Shown here piece by piece: positions 53,101 to 61,891 of a stretch of 64,000 bases of DNA. How positions within the stretch are numbered: the stretch's first letter is position 1; each line of letters starts with the position of its first letter. The DNA comes from Antedon mediterranea (taxonomy: Eukaryota; Animalia; Echinodermata), in contig NC_092670.1 of NCBI RefSeq assembly GCF_964355755.1, forward strand, positions 35,762,388-35,826,387. Direction: 5' to 3'. The position numbers and the translations under genes were made by a program. A model generated the notes under the pieces. That model saw nothing but the letters and a program-made list of their open reading frames with translations, searched no databases and had not been told where the DNA came from.

Positions 53101-54163
53101 TCTGAGTGTAGCTCCACTTTAAAGCTGTTTTACTCAAAGGTTAATGAACAGATTTTGATAGTATGATTATTTTTAAAATGAGTATAACTTGGCTTCCAGA
53201 CATCCGATTAAAATTATTTAAACACCATTATAAAGCTCATAATGTGTTCTATCAGAATCAATTAAAAACTTATTTTGGCTGAAGGACGAGTTTACAGCCA
53301 TTTCGTGGTAGCAGGTCACATTTGTTTTTAATAATCTTTTTATTCTTCAACTACAATTTAAGTTTAAAAGATAAAATAATAAATAATAATAAATAATTTT
53401 AAAAATAAAATACATAATTTGATAGAACTACAGATAGTAGTGTTGAACGCATTTGTTGGTTGGCTATCAACCACGCAGCGCCATCTATCGTTGTGACGTC
53501 ACACCGCCGAACTCTATAGACTGAGCTTTAGAGCGATCTGACCAATCAAAAGCGATAGATTATTCGAACTGTAGCTTGTCATTTGTCAACTCGCTAGGCC
53601 GACATATACAAATAAGTGAACGTAAATAATTAAATTCTAACCTGGCATGGCAGACCTGCTACCTGCTGAACAAATGCGTATGTTTTCCGTTTTTCCGCAA
53701 GTTCTATTCTCCGCTGATCTGAAAATTTGGCGAATTGCGGTAGCTGACAATCGTTTTGTTGAAACATCATTTTGAACCCTAAGGACATCCAACGATTTAT
53801 TGGAAATGCATACGTCATATTTGTGTCGTTATCTTTCACCTTTATCCATTCAAAGTACCAGCTATCAGCTGCTAAACCGGATCGCCATAATTCCAGCTCA
53901 TTAATGTGTCCAAAATGTTTGAGATCCTTAACTGGAAATATGTCGGTACTACCTGCATAAAAGTCGTTTTTCCATGTACAATCCAAATGGATTTCGTCTG
54001 ACTGGCGGTCTTTGTCTTTGTAATTATTGATGAGCTTGGCGTAGATGTTCGCATTTGTTGACAATCCTTTATGATCGCCTGTTTTGACGATAATGCTGTA
54101 ACTGGTCTTGATACCGTCGGTATGGTCAAATGTTGGTGTCGTTGATGAACTAGCGCAACCCAT
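32180..54163 (-). CDS. Lipoxygenase A (PLAT domain + non-heme-iron LOX catalytic domain), complete, 679 aa, 11 coding exons
   Basis: Exons 54163-53642, 36324-36280, 36123-35998, 35842-35745, 35329-35200, 34809-34714, 34460-34246, 34037-33778, 33143-32878, 32781-32615, 32294-32180. Sum 2040 nt, phases consistent. PLAT (VKTGD...W.F.WI...FPINRW), WMLAKMW, iron-ligand motifs HQxxxHxxxTH and HAAVN, YYYRDDG, C-terminal PNAISI*. Confidence 0.93.
32414..32563. mobile_element. MITE (same family as 7852) in the last LOX-A intron
   Basis: TIR-bounded; a copy at the equivalent position sits in LOX-B (59463-59620). Confidence 0.8.
36447..36708. mobile_element. hAT-like MITE plus adjacent terminus (TIR CAGAGCCATATATAGAGAG(AG)TTACG)
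   Basis: Inverted termini at about 36447 and 36650-36674, flanked by 8-bp CGACTAGC / CGGCTAGC; further left-end copies at 36683 and 41455. Confidence 0.6.
36955..41328 (+). mobile_element. BEL/Pao LTR retrotransposon, internally deleted (non-autonomous), recent insertion in LOX-A intron 1
   Basis: 434-bp LTRs at 36955-37388 and 40895-41328 (4 mismatches by eye); 5-bp TSD CATCC (36950-36954 and 41329-41333); PPT GAGGCGGGAG before the 3' LTR. Confidence 0.93.
37377..40820 (+). CDS. BEL/Pao gag-pol polyprotein: Gag, three Cys/His knuckles, aspartic protease, partial RT, RNase H start, integrase C-terminal remnant
   Basis: CxxC...HxxxxC x3, FDSGA protease, YMDD, LHCFSDASEAAFG, RPVHKLCL; first ATG at 37410. 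Confidence 0.88.
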   Translation: MSGLVKCIPLIMEENTFIDLSFEELEVKHRSFKDHITRARDRFTRVLDRDEPELVKVAFDHIQKKIRKITDLLDAMDVVKPPDETDTTTRLHAELMSAADDVERKYQEYRRFSRNEQTAHSSQGEPTAAGKDEEMIKLIKAQSEMVAQLTIKLNGNGSDNKRPSIKTPGLPAPRWDGSPRNFHSWHVRIDQYFESAGIKGDQEKLMILLNGDALPKSIQDHIADCCSVEDDNGAWALLKEKVPTSAIVRDVILTLQMMKPMKSATAKEMRPVLNGLTDFARRMRELGKELELSSSVVVELVSQKIDAELSFEYMRQIKQDEPTIPSLISFLRSETEARERREQPHMFGDQNASTHHITGQISTLKNTTQFLPKSNFKGAETSADDCPFCTDHSRHLIIKCPIFNSKSNEERRLMIMEARRCFLCFRTNHSAFRCPRHDKKRCSVCQLFHHRLIACPPNRTFRTNNNNTDGFCQSQMSPKTQAGANTNLRPIVRHETQVGTNLGQNPFICLPASTNQTVSNMNLDQTSINSPQIAQAGASPSLRQTVAGPSQNPFVSLPPSTNQTISKMNSTKHVERRRYSPTTYVEIQDNEGNWQKAVAFFDSGADTTLVKCSTAESLGLNGLPFVFTYGVAGGGIVQENSARYQLRVRPLRELKAYDLVAISVQKPAHDSPSVGEDIFDEHSHLTVVKEHLPVEEAEIDLLIGYDYQSLTTPLKTIRSLTDPDTSPTVAKSALGWTIIGQTIPKPISNVISHITNVNFMDDSQLLYTSDVIGVKPTTLCTCTDKEIAESQFIKHCRKNLQINEKGHITMEMPWKDGFPESLDCNRVQAVTGMISHEARLLKNKQINEYNDEIRALLDNGFTRELTPSEDRNVRLLVEANTGSDPIGALRIKDRAYMDDITDSFTKPNDAVEAVEQVTRILRKGSFEIKVWHSNHPMVDQCPEEKHTRVLGHLWNKLDDTVTIQLDKFDEEQTPLTKRKVSSLVARLWDPLRMLSPVTIRYKIGLQEIWAARLDWDDVFDDEQTAMWKVFIKEMNHLLGFEIPRQLTPEDSIAYPQLHCFSDASEAAFGSVIWLRWDTPVGVKLTYVIAKALVGPLKKRSNISIKERPVHKLCLIATVGELKHGFSSKQGMLLLCNYLSCEHLITAF
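41612..42296. repeat. ~180-bp tandem repeat, about 4 units
   Basis: TATTTGTGAGAAAATGGCGGATTGCTCCTGGGAGTCACTTGG recurs at about 41612, 41794, 41973 and 42156. Confidence 0.9.
43426..44387. mobile_element. Non-autonomous DNA transposon with ~135-bp terminal inverted repeats
   Basis: 43426-43562 is the reverse complement of about 44266-44387 (GGCCGGCC...CGTACATAAGTTGGGGACCCCTCATGAAACGTCAC...). Confidence 0.8.
46238..50312. repeat. 30-bp purine-rich minisatellite (ACCATCCACAGACAAAGAAGGGGGTGTAAG)n with higher-order duplications, split by a LINE
   Basis: Arrays at 46238-48114 and 49786-50312; source of all the GWSYTPFFVC / VDGLTPPSLS ORFs. Confidence 0.97.
48115..49785 (+). mobile_element. 5'-truncated CR1/L2-group LINE with uninterrupted RT ORF (48178-49593)
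   Basis: NYRPISILP, QYGF, DLSKAFD, GVPQGSILGP, YADD; (GAATT)n tail; GAAAAG duplicated on both sides. Confidence 0.93.
51719..53118. mobile_element. Kolobok-like non-autonomous DNA transposon
   Basis: TIRs AGTGGAGCTCCACTCAGA ... TCTGAGTGTAGCTCCACT; flanks TAAA / TTAA. Confidence 0.6.
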
Positions 54164-54848
54164 GCTAAATATTAGGCTAGTTATAATTAGGAATAGGCCT
54201 ATATTGATGTAATCACTCGTATAATACGAGGTATTAACTATCTTTCAGTTAAACATTTCATTTATTCATCTTGTCGGGAGATTGTGAAATTAAAAAATCT
54301 TTTTTGTCTTTATCGGCTCGTCCCACTTCATTTCGTTTATGTAACGTTATTTTAAGATATACATTTGCTACATTGTATTATCAAAAAAGAAAATGAGAAT
54401 GCATATTCTCTCTTAGTCACATAGACATATCGTATTTGTGATTGATATAAAAAAAATACTTTTCTGCATTATTTTAAACGACAAAAATAAATTTAAACAT
54501 TTATGGTTATTTATGATTTAAAAACCTTTAGGCCTACGTCTAATTACCTTACGTTTCTTTTAACCTTTATTACCTTATGTGCTGTACTCATATACAGTGA
54601 ATTTTAGATATCATTACAATAATGTCTAACAACAAGGAATTGAAAAAATCTACTGATCATAGGCAAATATCGTGTAGCCTAATCATTTTTTTCTATCAAA
54701 ACTACAAGCTCAACAATCACACGTATTTTCGGTTGAATTTCGAATGCTAACATTACAAAATTCAATGTTGTAAACGTTATATTACACTTACCTTAACTAA
54801 CTTTCAATAAAGATTACACGGAGAGTGAGGTAACTATTCACGGTACCC

Positions 54849-55652
54849 GGTAACCAATGTAATAAACAAAACGCAACGTTGGCTCGGATTATCGATTTTT
54901 TCGATAGTAAGAAAATCACTGATAATGTAAAGACCAAATATGAAATGGAATACATATAGGGTTAGGCGTATATGGTTCATTAAACAAGAATAACATTAGA
55001 ATAAACATAACTAACCTGGCATCAGTATACTCATTGTTACAGTATACCATGGATACATTAAAACATAAACATGTTTACCCGTTGATAAGCAATCCATGTC
55101 TAAATGGTATCTAAAACAGCTTTTGTTATAGACACCCGATACTCTGTTTATGACTATAATACATTTTTTTTTATAATATCATTTTCTTTATCTCTATTGA
55201 TAAACAAATCCCTGTGGACCTACTTGTTTATGAAATAATATAAAACAGATTTTCTTTATATCATCATCAAATCATCGTAATTGTCAATTTTATGCATACA
55301 ATTTCCATCGTCAGTAACCAATGTAATAAACAAAACCCAACGTTGGCTCGGATTATCGATAATATTTCGATAGTAAGAAAATCACTGATAATGCGAAGAC
55401 CGAATATGAAATGAAATACTGTACATGTAGGGTTAGGCGTATATGGTTCATTAAACAAGAATAACATTAGAATAAACATAACTAACCTGGCATCAGTATA
55501 ACAACTCCCTGGTATACCCATTGTTACAGTACCATGGATACATTAAAACATAAACATGTTTACCCGTTGATAAGCAATCCATGTCTAAATGGTATCTAAA
55601 ACAGCTTTTGTTATAGACACCCGATACTCTGTTTATGACTATAATACATTTT
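54849..55652. repeat. ~320-bp direct duplication at the LOX-A upstream / GPCR-relic junction
   Basis: 54849-55170 matches 55314-55652; the intervening 55191-55313 matches 55855-55978. Confidence 0.85.
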
Positions 55653-55919
55653 TTATCAGGGGGTTCTATAATGGGGCCTAGGCCTATAAGTCTTTTAAAC
55701 GTAATTAATATTTGAAATAAAAGAAATGAATCGCCTACATTTAATTTTCTAAAAGTATTGAAATTAGATTGTCATAGTAACATTTTGTTACTTTGATGCT
55801 AATAATTAATTTCACAATGATCTTTAAACGAATTCTGTGTCTATTGATAAACATCTCTATTGATAAACAAATCCCCGTAAGCCTACTTGTTTATGAAATA
55901 ATATAACAGATTTTCTTTA

Positions 55920-56560
55920 TATCATCATCAAATCATCGTAATTGTCAATTTTATGTATATAATTTCCATCGTCAGTAAGCAATATTTTCAGCATCATATT
56001 CAATAACTATATCAATAATTATTTATAAGAATTTTTTTTGATGATCTGATCCAATAAATAATATGCGCGAGAAGAAGATGATTTATCTGTTCTTTCATCA
56101 TCAACTTACCAAACAACAAGAAAAAGCACTCGTAGACAACCTGAACTCGAGGAAAATTTATTTGCTAACGTGACTAATATATGACACTTTAGATTAAGTA
56201 AAAAAAAAGATATTTTTATTAATATATATATAGGCCTATATCATAAGTTTTATTTATTTAAAAAAGATGTTTAAAAAAAAATAAATACACTCGATCATCA
56301 ATTCGGTAGAATTCTTCAGAGAACATAACGCCATTTGAAGAATATTATATGATTATATTACCTAATAACTACCGTAAGTAACTAAATAATGTAAAGGTAA
56401 AATGAATTAAAATTAGTATTTTTGTTTAGATAAGAACACCATTTATATAGTTAAGAAAATATGTTTAATATAAAGTCAAAAAATGACACTTATTTTAAAT
56501 AAATATTAGTTTCCCACATTTACCGAAAAAAAAAATCATCTTGGTTATAATTCCGTTACC
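55920..56560 (+). pseudogene. Relic of the GPCR 3' end (intron 2 part, last exon, 3'UTR)
   Basis: 55920-56069 matches about 29020-29163; 56079-56185 matches the last exon (DLSVLSSSTYQTTR...RRQPELEENLFAN); 56186-56560 matches the 3'UTR at 29638-30010. The splice acceptor is deleted and no TM exons are present. Confidence 0.88.
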
Positions 56561-56639
56561 GATATTGTTTTCTAGCTAGAATAATTTTGCCCTATACTTC
56601 CTAGATAAAATAGGCCTAGGCTTAAATATATTTAAATGC

Positions 56640-57960
56640 AAATGCTCAATAAAACAAATTAACAAAGAGTATATAAAAAAATCAATTATCTTCCAGCTTT
56701 GTACTCACGACTGATCGTTGACTGGTTCAAACACAATGATTATCATATTAACCACAACGTCATATAGCCAATAAATGAAATTATATGGAATAATGCTATA
56801 ACACATTACGGTAAAACGCTTTACGATCATGAATTTATCAAAGCCGGAATCTATACATTTATACATTTATAACTTTGATGATACCTTAATTTCCTCAAAA
56901 CAAATGTTAGAAAAAATCAACCACCCGAAAAACACTGATTACACTTTTTAGTCGCGTGGACGCGACTCTATAGTTCACTATGTCGGTCGGTCGGTCTGTC
57001 GGTCTGTCTGTCGGTCCGGTATCACTATGCGTTTTAGCACGCGACTTATGGCTGTTGGCCTTGTTTCAATTCATAGTTGTATCCCAGTTGACTGGAAAAA
57101 CGCCTTATCTTGGGACAAACTATTTGATCCTGTAATCCTTTTTAATAATATCTGTATTGACAAATGTACTCCAAAAATTGTTAGAGAACATATTTTTTCA
57201 AAAATGTATTCATTACCAAAATGTCAAAATTATTGGGACCGGTATTTTGATAATTATAATTTTAATAGGGAAAAAATATGGCCACGAATAACAGACTCTT
57301 CCAATGAAGCTCAGTTAAATGTACTGTCATGGAAATTATTACACAACTTATACCCAACAAATAATTATCTGTTTAAAATAGGTAAATCAAACAGCAAGAT
57401 GTGTAACAGTTGCAACAAAATCAGTGATATTAACCACATTTTTTACTTCTGCAAACAGGTATTTCCGATATGGAAAAAAGTCGATCTAATCATCCGTTCA
57501 TACCTGCATATAGACATTACGATCTCAAACTTTCACGTAATTTATGGTTTTGAATGTCTGAATAAAGTTCATATGAAAACCATTAATAACATTATAAATA
57601 TTACTAAACTATGTATCTCTAAATTTGTATATGGTAATATTAACGATATCTCTCAGATTGTATACTTTGAACTAAGAATACGCAAATATCCAATCGAAAT
57701 AATTAATAGAATCTTCAATAAAAGATTACCTGACATTTTTGTTCGATGATATTTGTGTATAGCCTATTTCTTCATAAAACCTTAAATTGGTATGCTTATG
57801 TATGTATACGCATGTGTATATGTGGATATAGATATATATGTGTATAAGTGTTTGTTACGTTTGTATGTATGATGTACTTGTATATATATATACACATATG
57901 TATGTGTATATGTATATCGACCTATATGTGTTTATGTATGTCTAATTTAAAAAGAAATTA
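56640..57960 (+). mobile_element. 3' fragment of an L1/Tx1-like non-LTR retrotransposon (C-terminal zinc-binding domain)
   Basis: ORF 57027-57749 with WKLLHNLYPTN..L......CxxC......HIFYFC.....IW, typical of the L1/Tx1 ORF2 C-terminus; boundaries approximate. Confidence 0.7.
56945..57066 (+). mobile_element. Minimal HINE/DINE-1-like Helentron derivative (about 120 bp)
   Basis: TTTTT, AGTCGCGT-gg-ACGCGACT hairpin, (GTCG/GTCT)n, 3' subterminal CACGCGACT, short GGC..GCC hairpin, TTGTT end. Confidence 0.65.
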
Positions 57961-58990
57961 TGAATGTAAACAAAGAAAGAAACACCAAAAAAAAAAAATT
58001 GAAAATTAAGAAAAATATGTTAATTTGATTATTAAAAATATAGACATACTGTAGGCCTATTTGAGAAAAAAAATGAATGAATTTATACTATCTGTTGGTC
58101 GTGACCGATTTGTGTGTACTTTAAACTATATACCTTTTATTTTGCTGCATTATTTCAAAGAACTCTAACATGAAAGCAATACCAAAACGGTCTAACTAAA
58201 GATAAAAACACATTTTAATTTGTATTAATTTTCAAGCAAAGCTAGAATTAAAAAGAGAAAACAATTTTTGTTAATTGATAATGTATTTATAAAAAACATA
58301 TAAGTATAGTTAATGTATAAGATTATAAAAGAAAGGATATGTATTAATGATGACATGTATACAAATTAATTAAAGATAAAAACACATCTTATTTGTATTT
58401 ATGAACAAATTGTTCAAAGAGAAAAACAAATTTGTTGATAATGCAGGTATAAAGAAAGGTATATAAGATTATAAAAGAAAGAAAATGCATTAACGTTAAC
58501 ATGTATAAAAATTAATTATTAAGATAAAAACGCAGGTTAAGTTGTATTTATTTTCAAGCAAAAGTAAGAATTAAAAAGAAAAAAATTGTTAAAAAGAGAA
58601 AAAAAGTTTAATTGATAATGTATATGTAGGCCTACCAAGAATATAAGTATAATTAATATATAAGATTATAAAAGAAATGAAATGCATTGATGATGACATG
58701 TATAAAAAATAGAAAATAACTATGGTGAATAATGATAATGGTATAGAAATAAATACAAAAATCATTAGTAATTCAAACAGATGATAACAAAATTGCAATT
58801 GCATAAATATATATTACTGTTTTGATATGATGTTTGTTTGAAATAAAAGTGGGATGATCCCACATAAAGAAAAAAAATGAACTACTTTATAAACAACCAA
58901 GCAGAAAAGGTGGCATTTTACTCGAAAAGGAGATGAAAACAGTTTGATTGAGACAATGGTTGACGCCAAAAACGTTATCTAATTCTCAAT

Positions 58991-61729
58991 CTAAATACTA
59001 ATTGCATTTGGGACGTTTGGAGGATACAGGTATGTGTACTTCTCTTCCCGGTCCATGTTCCTCTTATTGATAGTTTCTCCAACCTCTTTCAATTCTTCAA
59101 TAAATCTAAAACGTGACAAATGAAATGATTACATTTGTAAGTATATAATGAATCATACATACTGCTGATAGCGATAATCCGCCTGGCAACTTTTATTGTT
59201 AAATATTTAAACCTAATTCACACGTATACAAAACAAATTTAACAAAATAATTATGCTCCCGGAATAATCTTATCGAGTTACAATGCTTTCACACGATATG
59301 TTCAATATAGGAAGATACGCGCATGCTACATCGATGTTACATCGACGTATCTTTACAGGCTGGACCTTGTACGTGTGAATCGGATATTAATGAAATTCTA
59401 CGTCAGGATGACAGTGTTTAAATGACAGCCTGCACATTTTATAAATCACTAATAATAATATAAAGCTCTGTGTACATTACCAAACTGTATGTGACAACAA
59501 CATGTTATGTGCCCATAATAGACGGTGTCATATCACTACTTTATTTAGGCATATCACTACCATTATTTGGGCACATAACACGTTTTTGTCAAACTAGTTT
59601 GGTAGTGTAGACAGGGCTTAAGTTAGGATGTTAAGTATCAACTAGGTAACTCTAATATTAACTTACTGCTTTACCGCCTCGCTTCCAATTGGATCAAACT
59701 GGTATTGTACTTCAAAATCACCCAATTTATTGGTCGCCTTCATACTCAACACTTTCGTAATCTCCATAACACTTAAAGTTGTATGTTTATCTGGCAAGGC
59801 GTTGAATATTTCTTCTTCTGTCTTAGCATTCTAAAAAAATAATATAAAAATCTTTGAACAATGATTACATTTTTAACAAAGAGTAACCATGTTATGAATA
59901 AATAAAACTGACCTCACCCCTCCTCCAGGACCTGAAAAGAAAAATCAAATTTACCTTATTTTGAGGTGGTTCTCCATTGAGTGATGCCGGGTAGTGTGGG
60001 GGAAACCCATAGTTATCGTACTGCCCAAAGTTTACCGCAGCATGTTCCACGCTGCTGGTAAATATAGCAGATGCAACAGTCAGTGTAATGTCTTCTTTAG
60101 TTTTGAAGGAACCGTCTCCTGGTATTCCCTGGATGGCACAACCTTGTTCTTCTACTGGTGATGAAAGAACTCTGTGCCAGTCTTGTAATTCAAAATCTCC
60201 AGAAATGTTTTCTGGTTGGTCTAAAATAAATTTAAAAAAAATCATTGAATTTTAAAGTGTTATGGTACTTCTGAAATTCAAAAATGTTAATAAGTTTTTA
60301 AGATTGTATTTTTTTCTATTAAATGACAGTGACAGTTGTGATGATTATGAGCTTAAATATAGAAATGGGCGCTATAATGGTTAAATTGTAAGTAATATAC
60401 ATAATTTGTTTAACAACAAATAAATGTCCCTAAAGTTAAAGTTATCAATCTATCAATCCCTTCATCAGTATGCATGCATTGTTTTTAATGTGCAACAGTA
60501 GGTCTATGATGAATGGAATACTGGTCCTTTAAAACCAGGCTAGACAATGATACTTATTTCTCCATTGACCACAGAGATTTTCTCTAACTTACTGGCCCAG
60601 TTGCCTTTACTAAAATTAATATAGGCCTATAAAAAATGTACACACCATAGTGGCCGTCAACGACTTGGGAGACATATTTATAAATAGCGTTCCATAGTAG
60701 CAGGCCATCATCTCTATAGTAATACTTTGGTAGTACTTTTGGGTCACTGAGGCCACGGGATTCAAGTTCCTTTGGAAAGGTTCCGTCAATACACAGTTGC
60801 CATGATTTAAATCGTCGTCTTGTTATTTCAAACATACCGAGACGTCCGACTGCCATCGTCTTGTCGACCCATCCACCCGGATTAAGAAGGGTTTTTAATG
60901 CAAGGCTAAGTAAAACAAAAATATTTAATTAGCTACTGTGATTTTAAAGATGTAGTGACCCCAAAAAACTAGAAAAATGAAGATTAATAAAATCAGACTT
61001 TGGATAGGCCTCTTTATGTAGTTCAAAGATAATCACCTTTGTATTAAAAAAAACACGTTTTCCTTATAAAATGACAAAAACATTTGAATTCAACCAAATT
61101 CCATTGGCTCTGGTAGCCAAAATTGACTGATTTTGATTGATTTTTCAGGAAAAAAATATTTAAAAAAAAATCCAAATCTGTTGTCAAAGTGAATATCCAT
61201 TATGTAACTTTAACATATATTCAAAAATATATTTTTCAGAGAAAAAAAATCTGTAAGTAGGCCTTCCACGGAGAGGTGAGATTTTGGCCCACCACAAAAA
61301 TTTATTTTATAAAAGGTCTGTACACAATCGAACGCAACAATTTTGTCGTTTAAATCACAGATCTTGAAAATGTGATGAAAGAGAAATGTATCACACAAGA
61401 AGAGGTTTGTCTTGTGAACGGGATTGCCACCTTTGAGAAGGATGGTGAATGAATTCACTTGTGACTATCCTTGGTAATTTGCCTAAATTAAGAATAAAAA
61501 AAAAGGTAACGTACTCGTTTATGGCCATGAGATACAAAAAATGAGGCGCCAAAAGATGGAAGAGTGGATGAGATGGAGAAAGACAGCAATGCGTAGCTAC
61601 AGCAAAGCTTTCTACCAAAAGATGTGTCATTCCAAGATGTGCTGAAGATTGATGGTATGACGCGTCGGCATTGTTGAACCACATCTTAGCCAACATCCAC
61701 GTGTATTCATCATCCGTTGGAAGGAACAC
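58991..61729 (-). CDS. Lipoxygenase B, paralog of LOX-A; last five exons, 5' part beyond the right edge
   Basis: Exons 61729-61515, 60905-60646, 60220-59955, 59830-59667, 59105-58991; same intron positions and phases as LOX-A, open frame, HQxxxHxxxTHLLVE, HAAVN, PNAISI*. Confidence 0.92.
59463..59620. mobile_element. MITE at the position equivalent to the LOX-A last-intron copy
   Basis: Same flanks (AATAATAATATAAAGCTCTGTGTACA ... CTTAAGTTAGGA). Confidence 0.8.
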
Positions 61730-61891
61730 CTGTGAAAGGAAAACGACAATGAGAGTGTGAAGATCTCCACGAACAAAAACTGCTTGGAAATGACTGATTG
61801 ACTTAGGAATTGATTGACCTCGTTACATCCATCGGTGTATGGGGCGCCATACGCAGCAAAAGTGTTACTCTAAATACAAGTGCAAATTTAA

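Noticed and set aside
57027-57749. Stand-alone 240-aa host gene
   Set aside because: The ATG comes from the inserted mini-element; the rest is a non-LTR retrotransposon C-terminal zinc-binding region, and upstream frames are broken
54164-58900. Catalase-like allene oxide synthase domain fused upstream of LOX-A, as in coral AOS-LOX
   Set aside because: No catalase-like exons seen; the interval holds the GPCR relic and TE fragments, and LOX-A starts with PLAT. Cannot be excluded for LOX-B, whose 5' end is off-window.
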